A DNA stretch of 64,000 nt, taken from the human T2T-CHM13v2.0 reference genome, Homo sapiens. Of the stretch, positions 14,101 to 28,900 are shown one piece after another. Position numbers and translations under genes: made by a program. How positions within the stretch are numbered: the first letter of the stretch is position 1; every line of letters starts with the position of its first letter. The notes beneath the pieces are model-generated. The model was not told the DNA's origin and searched no databases. It saw nothing but the letters and a program-made list of their open reading frames with translations. The stretch lies in NCBI RefSeq assembly GCF_009914755.1, contig NC_060948.1. One strand, 5' to 3'.

Positions 14101-14756
14101 TGGAATTGAATATAATGGAGTCGAATGAAATGGAATTGAAAGGAATGGGATCGAATACAATGGAATATACTGGAATGTAACGTAATGAACTCGAATGTAA
14201 TTGACTGGAATGGAATGTACATGAATGGAATGTAATCGAATGGAAAGTAGTCCAATGGAATAGAATCTAATGCAATAAAATCGACTCAGATAGAGTAGAA
14301 TGTAATGGAATGGAGTGCAGTGCAATGGAATGGAATGGAATGGAATGCAATGGAATGGAATGGAATGGAATGGAATGGAATGGAATGGAATGGGATGGAA
14401 TGGTATGGAATGGATAGTAATGGACTGGAGTGAAATGGACTGGAAAGGAATGGACTCAAATTGAAAGGTCTCGAAAGGAATGGAGTCAAATGGAATGGTC
14501 TGGAATGGAATGAACACGAATGTAATGCAATCCAATAGAATGGAATCGAATGGCATGGAATATAAAGAAATGGAATCGAAGAGAATGGAAACAAATGGAA
14601 TGAAATTGAATGGAATGGAATTGAATGGAATGTGAACGAATGGAGTGAAATTGTATGCAGTAGAAGAGAATAGAATGGAATGCAAGCAAAAGGAAAGGAA
14701 TGGATTGGAATGGAATGGAATTCATTGGAATGGAAGGGAATGTAGTGTAATGGACA
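11178..14756 (+). repeat. DYZ1 unit U4, 3579 bp (longest)
   Basis: GGCC-to-GGCC; keeps the 15-bp duplication but lacks the A-type 1-bp deletion. Confidence 0.9.
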
Positions 14757-17700
14757 GGCCTGGAATAAAGTGGAATGCTACGATCTCGAATGGAATAAAA
14801 ATGTATGGAATGGAATGCAATGAAACGGAATCGAATGTCATAGAATGTAATGGAATGCAAAAAAATGGAATCCAAAATCATTGAATGGAAAGGCTGGGTG
14901 TCGAAAGGAATTGACTCCAATGGAATGGAATCGAATGGAATGGAAGTGAATAGAATCGAACTAAATCGAATGGAATGGAATTGATAGGAACGGAATGGAA
15001 AGGATTGCAATGATTTGGCATGGAATGGAATCGAATGGCATCGAATGGAATGGAATGGAATGCAATGGAATGGAATGTATTAGAATGTAATGAACTTTAA
15101 TGGAATGTACTCGAATGGATTCGACTGGAATGGAATGTTCTGGAAGTGAATGGACTCCAATGGAATGGATTCAAAAGGAATGGAATCGTACGGAATGGAA
15201 TCTAATGGAATGGAATTAAATGGAAATGAATCAAATTGAATAGCACGGAATTGAATTGAATGGAATGGAATGCAATGGAATCTAATGAAACGGAAAGGAA
15301 AGGAATGGAATGGAATGGAATGGGCTGGAATGGAAAGGAATCGAAACGAATGGAATGGAATCGAACTGAAGAGACTGGAATGGAATGCACTGGAATGGAA
15401 GGGAGTGTAATGGAAGGTTCTCGAAAAAGATGGAATCGAATGGAATGCAATTGAATGGAACGGAATAGAGTCGAATGGAATTGAATGGAATGGAATGGAC
15501 TAGAGTGAAATGGAATCGAACCACAAGGAATGGACAGGAATAGAATGGTCTCGAATTGAATGGAATCGTATGGAATGGCATCAAACGGAATGGAATGGAC
15601 AGCCACGGAATGGAATGCACTCGAATGCAATGGAGTCGAAACTAATGGACTGGAATAGAATGGACTCGACTGGTACGGACTCCAATGGAATGGAATCGAA
15701 TGGAAGGGAATCGAACGGAATGGACTCGAAGGGAAAAGACTGCAATGGAAAGGTCTCGAATGGAATGGAAATTAATGGAATGGAATGGAATCGAATGAAA
15801 TGGAGTCAAAAGGAATGGAATCGAATGGCAAGAAATCGAATGTAATGGAATCGCAAGGAATTGATGTGAACGGAACGGAATGGAATGGAATCCAAAGGAA
15901 TGGAATAGAATGGAATGGAATCGAATGGAAAGGACTCGAATGGAAATCACTCCAATAGAATGCAATTTAATAAAATAGGATCAAATGTAATAGAATGGAA
16001 TGGAAAGGAATCGAAACGGAAGGAATGGAGACAGATGGAATGGAATGGAACAGAGAGCAATGGTATAGAATGGAATGGAATCATCTGGAATGGAATTGAA
16101 TGGAATGGAATAATATGAAATGGAATGGAATGGAATGGAATGGAATGCCCTTGAATTAAATGGACTGGACTCGAACAGAGTGGAATGGAAAGTGTTGAGA
16201 TAGAATGGAATGGACTCCTTTGGAATGGTGTAGTATGCAATGCAATCGACTGGCAGGGAATCAAAAGGAATGTAATCGAATGGATTGGACTGGAATGCAA
16301 TGGAATCGAATAGATTGGAAACGGAATGCAAAGGAATGGAATGGAATAGTATGGAATGCAATGGGAGGGAATGGAGTGGAATAGACTAGAGTGGAATGGA
16401 ATGGACTGGAAAGCAATGGACTGGAATGGAACTTTCTTGGATGGACTGGAATCAAACGGAATGGAATGCAATGCAATCAAATGGCATGGAATAAAATAGA
16501 ATGAAAGAGAATCAAATGGAATTGAATCGAATGGAATCGAATGGATTGGAAAGGAATAGAATGGAATGGAATGGAATTGACTCAAATGGAATGGACTAGA
16601 ATGGAATGGATTCGAATGGAAGGCAAAGGAATGGAATCTATTGGAATGGACTGTAATGGAATGGAATGGAAGGGATTGGAATGGACTCGAATGGAATGGA
16701 CTGCAATAGAAAGGACTCGAATGGAATGAAAAAGAATTGAATGGAATAGAACAGAATGGAATCAAATCGAATGAAATGGAATGGAATAGAAAGGAATGGA
16801 ATGAAATGGAATGGAAAGGATTCGAATGGAATGCAATCGAATGGAATGGAATCGAACGGAATGGAATAAAATGGAAGAAAACTGGCAAGAAATGGAATCG
16901 AAATGAATGGAGTGTTATGGAACGGACTCAAAAGGAATTGAATGTAATAGAATGGAGTGGAGTGGACTCGAATATAATAGACTGGAATGGAATGAAATCA
17001 CATGGAATTGGAACGAATGGAATGGAATGGAAAGGAATGGAATCGAATGGAAAGGAATCGAATGGAAGGGAATGAAATTGAATCAACAGGAATGGAAGGG
17101 AATAGAATAGACGGTAATGGAATGGACTCGAATAGAATGGACACGAAAGCTCAAATTGAATGGACTCGAATGGAATGGAAACGAAAGGAATGTCATCGAA
17201 TGGAATTGAATCGATTGGAATGAAATCGCATAGAATGGAGTGGAATCAAATGGAATTGAATCGAAAGGAAAGGAAGCGAATGGACTGAAATGAAATGGAA
17301 TGGAATTGAATGGAAAGTAATGCAATGGAATAGAATGGAACGAAATTTCACGGAATGGAATCAAACTGAATGGAATCAAATCAATGGAATCAAATCAAAT
17401 GGAATGGAATGGAATTGAATGGAGTAGATTGGATTGGATGGGATTGGAATGAAATGTACTGGAAAGGACTCGAATTTCATGAAACGGAATGGAATGAATT
17501 GGAACGGAATGGACTCGAATGGAATGGAATGTCATGGAATGGCATCAAATGGAATGGCATCAAATGGAATGGAATCGAATGCAATGGAATGCTATGGAAT
17601 GGAATGGAATGCATTGGAATGGAATGTCCTCTAATGGAATGGATTCGAGTGGAATGGAATTGAATATAATGGAGTCGAATGAAATGGAATTGAAAGGAAT

Positions 17701-18295
17701 GGGATCGAATACAATGGAATATACTGGAATGTAACGTAATGAACTCGAATGTAATTGACTGGAATGGAATGTACATGAATGGAATGTAATCGAATGGAAA
17801 GTAATCGAATGGAATAGAATCTAATGCAATAAAATCGACTCAGATAGAGTAGAATGTAATGGAATGGAGTGCAGTGCAATGGAATGGAATGGAATGGAAT
17901 GCAATGGAATGGAATGGAATGGAATGGAATGGGATGGAATGGTATGGAATGGATAGTAATGGACTGGAGTGAAATGGACTGGAAAGGAATGGACTCAAAT
18001 GGAAAGGGCTCGAAAGGAATGGAGACAAATGGAATGGTCTGGAATGGAATGAACACGAATGTAATGCAATCCAATAGAATGGAGTCGAATGGCATGGAAT
18101 ATAAAGAAATGGAATCGAAGAGAATGGAAACAAATGGAATGGAATTGAATGGAATGGAATTGAATGGAATGGGAACGAATGGAGTGAAATTGTATGCAGT
18201 AGAAGAGAATAGAATGGAATGCAAGCGAAAGGAAAGGAATGGATTGGAATGGAATGGAATTCATTGGAATGGAAGGGAATGTAGTGTAATGGACA
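14757..18295 (+). repeat. DYZ1 unit U5, 3539 bp
   Basis: GGCC-to-GGCC spacing. Confidence 0.9.
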
Positions 18296-21200
18296 GGCCT
18301 GGAATAAAGTGGAATGCTACGGTCTCGAATGGAATAAAAATGTATGGAATGGAATGCAATGAAACGGAATCGAATGTCATAGAATGTAATGGAATGCAAA
18401 AAAATGGAATCCAAAATCATTGACTGGAAAGGCTGGGTGTCGAAAGGAATTGACTCCAATGGAATGGAATCGAATGGAATGGAAGTGAATAGAATCGAAC
18501 TAAATCGAATGGAATGGAATTGATAGGAACGGAATGGAAAGGAATGCAATGATTTGGCATGGAATGGAATCGAATGGCATCGAATGGAATGGAATGGAAT
18601 GCAATGGAATGGAATGTATTAGAATGTAATGAACTTTAATGGAATGTACTCGAATGGATTCGACTGGAATGGAATGTTCTGGAAGTGAATGGACTCCAAT
18701 GGAATGGATTCAAAAGGAATGGAATCGTACGGAATGGAATCTAATGGAATGGAATTAAATGGAAATGAATCAAATTGAATAGCACGGAATTGAATTGAAT
18801 GGAATGGAATGCAATGGAATCTAATGAAACGGAAAGGAAAGGAATGGAATGGAATGGAATGGGCTGGAATGGAAAGGAATCGAAACGAATGGAATGGAAT
18901 CGAAGTGAAGAGACTGGAATGGAATGCACTGGAATGGAAGGGAGTGTAATGGAAGGTTCTCGAAAAAAATGGAATCGAATGGAATGGAATTGAATGGAAC
19001 GGAATAGAGTCGAATGGAATTGAATGGAATGGAATGGACTAGAGTGAAATGGAATCGAACCACAAGGAATGGACAGGAATAGAATGGTCTCGAATTGAAT
19101 GGAATCGTATGGAATGGCATCAAACGGAATGGAATGGACAGCCACGGAATGGAATGCACTCGAATGCAATGGAGTCGAAACTAATGGACTGGAATAGAAT
19201 GGACTCGACTGGTACGGACTCCAATGGAATGGAATCGAATGGAAGGGAATCGAACGGAATGGACTCGAAGGGAAAAGACTGCAATGGAAAGGTCTCGAAT
19301 GGAATGGAAATTAATGGAATGGAATGGAATCGAATGAAATGGAGTCAAAAGGAATGGATTCGAATGGCAAGAAATCGAATGTAATGGAATCGCCAGGAAC
19401 TGATGTGAACGGAACGGAATGGAATGGAATCCAAAGGAATGGAATAGAATGGAATGGAATCGAATGGAAAGGACTCGAATGGAAATCACTCGAATAGAAT
19501 GCAATTTAATAAAATAGGATCAAATGTAATGGAATGGAATGGAAAGGAATCGAAACGAAAGGAATGGAGACAGATGGAATGGAATGGAACAGAGAGCAAT
19601 GGTATAGAATGGAATGGAATCATCTGGAATGGAATTGAATGGAATGGAATAATATGAAATGGAATGGAATGGAATGGAATGGAATGCCCTTGAATTAAAT
19701 GGACTGGACTCGAACAGAGTGGAATGGAAAGTGTTGAGACAGAATGGAATGGACTCCTTTGGAATGGTCTAGTATGCAATGCAATCGACGGGCAGGGAAT
19801 CAAAAGGAATGTAATGGAATGGATTGGACTGGAATGCAATGGACTCGAATAGATTGGAAACGGAATGCAAAGGAATGGATTGGAATAGTATGGAATGGAA
19901 TGGAAAGGAATGGAGTGGAATAGACTAGAGTGGAATGGAATGGACTGGAAAGCAATGGACTGGAATGGAACATTCTTGAATGGACTGGAATCAAACGGAA
20001 TGGAATGCAATGCAATCAAATGGCATGGAATAAAATAGAATGAAAGAGAATCAAATGGAATTGAATCGAATGGAATCGAATGGATTGGAAAGGAATAGAA
20101 TGGAATGGAATGGAATTGACTCAAATGGAATGGACTAGAATGGAATGGATTCGAATGGAAGGCAAAGGAATGGAATCTATTGGAATGGACTGTAATGGAA
20201 TGGAATGGAAAGGATTGGAATGGACTCGAATGGAATGGACTGCAATAGAAAGGATTCGAATGGAATGAAAAAGAATTGAATGGAATAGAACAGAATGGAA
20301 TCAAATCGAATGAAATGGAATGGAATAGAAAGGAATGGAATGAAATGGAATGGAAAGGATTCGAATGGAATGCAATCGAATGGAATGGAATCGAACGGAA
20401 TGGAATAAAATGGAAGAAAACTGGCAAGAAATGGAATCGAAATGAATGGAGTGTTATGGAACGGACTCAAAAGGAATTGAATGTAATAGAATGGAGTGGA
20501 GTGGACTCGAATATAATGGACTGGAATGGAATGAAATCACATGGAATGGGAACGAATGGAATGGAATGGAAAGGAATGGAATCGAATGGAAAGGAATCGA
20601 ATGGAAGGGAATGAAATTGAATCAACAGGAATGGAAGGGAATAGAATAGACGGTAATGGAATGGACTCGAATAGAATGGACACGAATGCTCAAATTAAAT
20701 GGACTCGAATGGAATGGAAACGAAAGGAATGTCATCGAAAGGAATTGAATGGATTGGAGTGAAATCGCATAGAATGGAGTGGAATCAAATGGAATTGAAT
20801 CGAAAGGAAAGGAAGCGAATGGACTGAAATGAAATGGAATGGAATTGAATGGAAACTAATGCAATGGAATAGAATGGAACGAAATTTCACGGAATGGAAT
20901 CAAACTGAATGGAATCAAATCAATGGAATCAAATCAAATGGAATGGAAAGGAATTGAATGGAGTAGATGGGATTGGATGGGATTGGAATGAAATGTACTG
21001 GAAAGGACTCGAATTTCATGAAACGGAATGGAATGAATTGGAACGGAATGGACTCGAATGGAATGGAATGTCATGGAATGGCATCAAATGGAATGGCATC
21101 AAATGGAATGGAATCGAATGCAATGGAATGCTATGGAATGGAATGGAATGCATTGGAATGGAATGTCCTCTAATGGAATGGATTCGAGTGGAATGGAATC

Positions 21201-21859
21201 GAATATAATGGAGTCGAATGAAATGGAATTGAAAGGAATGGGATCGAATACAATGGAATATACTGGAATGTAACGTAATGAACTCGAATGTAATTGACTG
21301 GAATGGAATGTACATGAATGGAATGTATTCGAATGGAAAGTAATCCAATGGAATAGAATCTAATGCAATAAAATCGACTCATATAATGTAGAATGTAATG
21401 GAATGGAGTGCAGTGCAATGGAATGGAATGGAATGGAATGCAATGGAATGGAATGGAATGGAATGGAATGGAATGGAATGGAATGGAATGGAATGGGATG
21501 GAATTGTATGGAATGGATAGTAATGGACTGGATTGAAATGGACTGGAAAGGAATGGACTCAAATTGAAAGGGCTCGAAAGGAATGGAGTCAAATGGAATG
21601 GTCTGGAATGGAATGAACACGAATGTAATGCAACCCAATAGAATGGAATCGAATGGCATGGAATATAAAGAAATGGAATCGAAGAGAATGGAAACAAATG
21701 GAATGGAATTGAATGGAATGGAATTGAATGGAATGGGAACGAATGGTGTGAAATTGTATGCAGTAGAAGAGAATAGAATGGAATGCAAGCGAAAGGAAAG
21801 GAATGGATTGGAATGGAATGGAATTCATTGGAATGGAAGGGAATGTAGTGTAATGGACA
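18296..21859 (+). repeat. DYZ1 unit U6, 3564 bp
   Basis: GGCC-to-GGCC spacing, equal to the length usually quoted for the DYZ1 unit. Confidence 0.9.
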
Positions 21860-24800
21860 GGCCTGGAATAAAGTGGAATGATACGGTCTCGAATGGAATA
21901 AAAATGTATGGAATGGAATGCAATGAAACGGAATCGAATGTCATAGAATGTAATGGAATGCAAAAAAATGGAATCCAAAATCATTGACAGGAAAGGATGG
22001 GTGTCGAAAGGAATTGACTCCAATGGAATGGAATCGAATGGAATGGAAGTGAATAGAATCGAACTAAATCGAATGGAATGGAATTGATAGGAACGGAATG
22101 GAAAGGAATGCAATGATTTGGCATGGAATGGAATCGAATGGCATCGAATGGAATGGAATGGAATGCAATGGAATGGAATGTATTAGAATGTAATGAACTT
22201 TAATGGAATGTACTCGAATGGATTCGACTGGAATGGAATGTTCTGGAAGTAAATGGACTCCAATGGAATGGATTCAAAAGGAATGGAATAGTACGGAACG
22301 GAATCTAATGGAATGGAATTAAATGGAAATGAATCAAATTGAATAGCACGGAATTGAATTGAATGGAATGGAATGCAATGGAATCTAATGAAACGGAAAG
22401 GAAAGGAATGGAATGGAATGGAATGGGCTGGAATGGAAAGGAATCGAAACGAATGGAATGGAATCGAACTGAAGAGACTGGAATGGAATGCACTGGAATG
22501 GAAGGGGGTGTAATGGAAGGTTCTCGAAAAAAATGGAATCGAATGGAATGCAATTGAATGGAACGGAATAGAGTCGAATGCAATTGAATGGAATGGAATG
22601 GACTAGAGTGAAATGGAATCGAACCACAAGGAATGGACAGGAATAGAATGGTCTCGAATTGAATGGAATCGTATGGAATGGCATCAAACGGAATGGAATG
22701 GACAGCCACGGAATGGAATGCACTCGAATGCAATGGAGTCGAAACTAATGGACTGGAATAGAATGGACTCGACTGGTACGGACTCCAATGGAATGGAATC
22801 GAATGGAAGGGAATCGAACGGAATGGACTCGAAGGGAAAAGACTGCAATGGAAAGGTCTCGAATGGAATGGAAATTAATGGAATGGAATGGAATCGAATG
22901 AAATGGAGGCAAAAGGAATGGAATCGAATGGCAAGAAATCGAATGTAATGGAATCGCAAGGAATTGATGTGAATGGAACGGAATGGAATGGAATCCAAAG
23001 GAATGGAATAGAATGGAATGGAATCGAATGCAAAGGACTCGAATGGAAATCACTCGAATAGAATGCAATTTAATAAAATAGGATCAAATGTAATGGAATG
23101 GAATGGAAAGGAATCGAAACGAAAGGAATGGAGACAGATGGAATGGAATGGAACAGAGAGCAATGGTATAGAATGGAATGGAATCATCTAGAATGTAATT
23201 GAATGGAATGGAATAATATGAAATGGAATGGAATGGAATGGAATGCCCTTGAATTAAATGGACTGGAATGGAATGGACTCGAACAGAGTGGAATGGAAAG
23301 TGTTGAGATAGAATGGAATGGACTCCTTTGGAATGGTGTAGTATGCAATGCAATCGACTGGCAGGGAATCAAAAGGAATGTAATCGAATGGATTGGACTG
23401 GAATGCAATGGACTCGAATAGATTGGAAACGGAATGCAAAGGAATGGAATGGAATAGTATGGAATGGAATGGAAAGGAATGGAGTGGAATAGACTAGAGT
23501 GGAATGGAATGGACTCGAAAGCAATGGACTGGAATGGAACTTTCTTGAATGGACTGGAACCAAACGGAATGGAATGCAATGCAATCAAATGGCATGGAAT
23601 AAGATAGAATTAAAGAGAATCAAATGGAATTGAACCGAATGGAATCGAATGGATTGGAAAGGAATAGAATGGAATGGAATGGAATTGACTCAAATGGAAT
23701 GGACTAGAATGGAATGGATTCGAATGGAAGGCAAAGGAATGGAATCTATTGGAATGGACTGTAATGGAATGGAATGGAAGGGATTGGAATGGACTCGAAT
23801 GGAATGGACTGCAATAGAAAGGATTCGAATGGAATGAAAAAGAATTGAATGGAATAGAACAGAATGGAATCAAATCGAATGAAATGGAATGGAATAGAAA
23901 GGAATGGAATGAAATGGAATGGAAAGGATTCGAATGGAATGCAATCGAATGGAATGGAATCGAACGGAATGGAATAAAATGGAAGAAAACTGGCAAGAAA
24001 TGGAATCGAAATGAATGGAGTGTTATGGAATGGACTCAAAAGGAATTGAATGTAATAGAATGGAGTGGAGTGGACTCGAATATAATGGACTGGAATGGAA
24101 TGAAATCACATGGAAAGGGAACAAATGGAATGGAATGGAAAGGAATGGAATTGAATGGAAAGGAATCGAACGGAAGGGAATGAAATGGAATCAACAGGAA
24201 TGGAAGGGAATAGAATAGACGGTAATGGAATGGACTCGAATAGAATGGACACGAATGCTCAAATTGAATGGACTCGAATGAAATGGATACGAAAGGAATG
24301 TCATCGAATGGAATTGAATGGATTGGAATGAAATCGCATAGAATGGAGTGGAATCAAATGGAATTGAATCGAAAGGAAAGGAAGCTAATGGACTGAAATG
24401 AAATGGAATGGAATTGAATGGAAAGTAATGCAATGGAATAGAATGGAACGAAATTTCACGGTATGGAATCAAACTGAATGGAATCAAATCAATGGAATCA
24501 AATCAAATGGAATGGAAAGGAATTGAATGGAGTAGATGGGATTGGATGGGATTGGAATGAAATGTACTGGAAAGGACTCGAATTTCATGAAACGGAATGG
24601 AATGAATTGGAACGGAATGGACACGAATGGAATGGAATGTCATGGAATGGCATCAAATGGAATGGCATCAAATGGAATGGAATCGAATGCAATGGAATGC
24701 TATGGAATGGAATGGAATGCATTGGAATGGAATGTCCTCTAATGGAATGGATTCGAGTGGAATGGAATCGAATATAATGGAATCGAATTAAATGGAATTG

Positions 24801-25403
24801 AAAGGAATGGGACCGAATACAATGGAATATACTGGAATGTAATGTAATGAACTCGAATGTAATTGACTGGAATGGAATGTACATGAATGGAATGTAATCG
24901 AATGGAAAGTAATCCAATGGAATAGAATCTAATGCAATAAAATCGACACAAATAGAGTAGAATGTAATGGAATGGAGTGCAGTGCAATGGAATGGAATGG
25001 AATGGAATGCAATGGAATGGAATGGAATGGAATGGAATGGGATGGAATGGGATGGAATGGATAGTAATGGACTGGAGTGAAATGGACTGGAAAGGAATGG
25101 ACTCAAATGGAAAGGGCTCGAAGGGAATGGAGACTAATGGAATGGTCTGGAATGGAATGAACACGAATTTAATGCAATCCAATAGAATGGAGTCGAATGG
25201 CATGGAATATAAAGAAATGGAATCGAAGAGAATGGAAACAAATGGAATGGAATTGAATGGAATGGAATTGAATGGAATGGGAACGAATGGAGTGAAATTG
25301 TATGCAGTAGAAGAGAATAGAATGGAATGCAAGCGAAAGGAAAGGAATGGATTGGAATGGAATGGAATTCATTGGAATGGAAGGGAATGTAGTGTAATGG
25401 ACA
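21860..25403 (+). repeat. DYZ1 unit U7, 3544 bp, rich in private substitutions
   Basis: GGCC-to-GGCC spacing; many unique variants. Confidence 0.9.
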
Positions 25404-28400
25404 GGCCTGGAATAAAGTGGAATGCTACGGTCTCGAATGGAATAAAAATGTATGGAATGGAATGCAATGAAACGGAATCGAATGTCATAGAATGTAATGG
25501 AATGCAAAAAAATGGAATCCAAAATCATTGACTGGAAAGGCTGGGTGTCGAAAGGAATTGACTCCAACGGAATGGAATCGAATGGAATGGAAGTGAATAG
25601 AATCGAACTAAATCGAATGGAATGGAATTGATAGGAACGGAATGGAAAGGAATGCAATGATTTGGCATGGAATGGAATCGAATGGCATCGAATGGAATGG
25701 AATGGAAAAAAATGGAATGGAATGTATTAGAATGTAATGAACTTTAATGGAATGTACTCGAATGGATTCGACTGGAATGGAATGTTCTGGAAGTGAATGG
25801 ACTCCAATGGAATGGATTCAAAAGGAATGGAATCGTACGGAATGGAATCTAATGGAATGGAATTAAATGGAAATGAATCAAATTGAATAGCACGGAATTG
25901 AATTGAATGGAATCGAATGCAATGGAATCTAATGAAACGGAAAGGAAAGGAATGCAATGGAATGGAATGGGATGGAATGCAAAGGAATCGAAACGAATGG
26001 AATGGAATCGAACTGAAGAGACTGGAATGGAATGCACTGGAATGGAAGGGAGTGTAATGGAAGGTTCTCGAAAAAAATGGAATCGAATGGAATGGAATTG
26101 AATGGAACGGAATAGAGTCGAATGGAAATGAATGGAATGGAATGGACTAGAGTGAAATGGAATCGAACCACAAGGAATGGACAGGAATAGAATGGTCTAA
26201 AATTGAATGGAATCGTATGGAATGGCATCAAACGGAATGGAATGGACAGCCACGGAATGGAATGCACTCGAATGCAACGGAGTCGAAACTAATGGACTGG
26301 AATAGAATGGACTCGACTGGTACGGACTCCAATGGAATGGAATCGAATGGAAGGGAATCGAACGGAATGGACTCGAAGGGAAAAGACTGCAATGGAAAGG
26401 TCTCGAATGGAATGGAAATTAATGGAATGGAATGGAATCGAATGAAATGGAGTCAAAAGGAATGGAATCGAATGGCAAGAAATCGAATGTAATGGAATCG
26501 CAAGGAATTGATGTGAACGGAACGGAATGGAATGGAATCCAAAGGAATGGAATAGAATGGAATGGAATCGAATGGAAAGGACTCGAATGGAAATCACTCG
26601 AATAGAATGCAATTTAATAAAATAGGGTAAATGTAATGGAAAGGAATCGAAACGAAAGGAATGGAGACAGATGGAATGGAATGGGACAGAGAGCAATGGT
26701 ATAGAATGGAATGGAATCATCTGGAATGGAATTGAATGGAATGGAATAATATGAAATGGAATGGAATGGAATGGAATGGAATGGAATGGAATGCCCTTGA
26801 ATTAAATGGACTGGATTCGAACAGAGTGGAATGGAAAGTGTTGAGATAGAATGGAATGGACTCCTTTGGAATGGTCTAGTATGCAATGCAATCGACTGGC
26901 AGGGAATCAAAAGGAATGTAATGGAATGGATTGGACTGGAATGCAATGGACTCGAATAGATTGGAAACGGAATGCAAAGTAATGGAATGGAATAGTATGG
27001 AATGGAATGGAAAGGAATGGAGTGGAATAGACTAGAGTGGAATGGAATGGACTGGAAAGCAATGGACTGGAATGGAACTTTCTTGAATGGTCTGGAATCA
27101 AACGGAATGGAATGCAATGCAATCAAATGGCATGGAATAAAATAGAATGAAAGAGAATCAAATGGAATTGAATCGAATGGAATCGAATGGATTGGAAAGG
27201 AATAGAATGGAATGGAATGGAATTGACTCAAATGGAATGGACTAGAATGGAATGGATTCGAATGGAAGGCAAAGGAATGGAATCTATTGGAATGGACTGT
27301 AATGGAATGGAATGGAAGGGATTGGAATGGACTCGAATGGAATGGACTGCAATAGAAAGGATTCGAATGGAATGAAAAAGAATTGAATGGAATAGAACAG
27401 AATGGAATCAAATCGAATGAAATGGAATGGAATAGAAAGGAATGGAATGAAATGGAATGGAAAGGATTCGAATGGAATGCAATCGAATGGAATGGAATCG
27501 AACGGAATGGAATAAAATGGAAGAAAACTGGCAAGAAATGGAATCGAAATGAATGGAGTTTTATGGAACGGACTCAAAAGGAATTGAATGTAATAGAATG
27601 GAGTGGAGTGGACTCGAATATAATGGACTGGAATGGAATGAAATCACATGGAATGGGAACGAATGGAATCGAATGGAAAGGAATCGAATGGAAGGGAATG
27701 AAATTGAATCAACAGGAATGGAAGGGAATAGAATAGACGGTAATGGAATGGACTCGAATAGAATGGACACGAATGCTCAAATTGAATGGACTCGAATGGA
27801 ATGGAAACGAAAGGAATGTCATCGAATGGAATTGAATCGATTGGAATGAAATCGCATAGAATGGAGTGGAATCAAATGGAATTGAATCGAAAGGAAAGGA
27901 AGCGAATGGACTGAAATGAAATGGAATGGAATTGAATGGAAAGTAATGCAATGGAATAGAATGGAACGAAATTTCACGGAATGGAATCAAACTGAATGGA
28001 ATCAAATCAATGGAATCAAATCAAATGGAATGGAAAGGAATTGAATGGAGTAGATGGGATTGGATGGGATTGGAATGAAATGTACTGGAAAGGACTCGAA
28101 TTTCATGAAACGGAATGGAATGAATTGGAACGGAATGGACTCGAATGGAATGGAATGTCATGGAATGGCATCAAATGGAATGGCATCAAATGGAATGGAA
28201 TCGAATGCAATGGAATGCTATGGAATGGAATGGAATGCATTGGAATGGAATGTCCTCTAATGGAATGGATTCGAGTGGAATGGAATTGAATATAATGGAG
28301 TCGAATGAAATGGAATTGAAAGGAATGGGATCGAATACAATGGAATATACTGGAATGTAATGTAATGAACTCGAATGTAATTGACTGGAATGGAATGTAC

Positions 28401-28900
28401 ATGAATGGAATGTAATCGAATGGAAAGTAATCCAATGGAATAGAATCTAATGCAATAAAATCGACTCAGATAGAGTAGAATGTAATGGAATGGAGTGCAG
28501 TGCAATGGAATGGAATGGAATGGAATGGAATGGAATGGGATGGAATGGTATGGAATGGATAGTAATGGACTGGAGTGAAATGGACTGGAAAGGAATGGAC
28601 TCAAATTGAAAGGGCTCGAAAGGAATGGAGTCAAATGGAATGGTCTGGAATGGAATGAACACGAATGTAATGCAATCCAATAGAATGGAATCGAATGGCA
28701 TGGAATATAAAGAAATGGAATCGAAGAGAATGGAAACAAATGGAATGGAATTGAATGGAATGGAATTGAATGGAATGGGAACGAATGGTGTGAAATTGTA
28801 TGCAGTAGAAGGGAATACAATAGAATGCAAGCGAAAGGAAAGAATGGATTGGAATGGAATGGAATTCATTGGAATGGAAGGGAATGTAGTGTAATGGACA
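25404..28900 (+). repeat. DYZ1 unit U8, 3497 bp (shortest, multiple deletions)
   Basis: GGCC-to-GGCC; deletions near 26630, 27665, 28510 and 28841. Confidence 0.9.
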
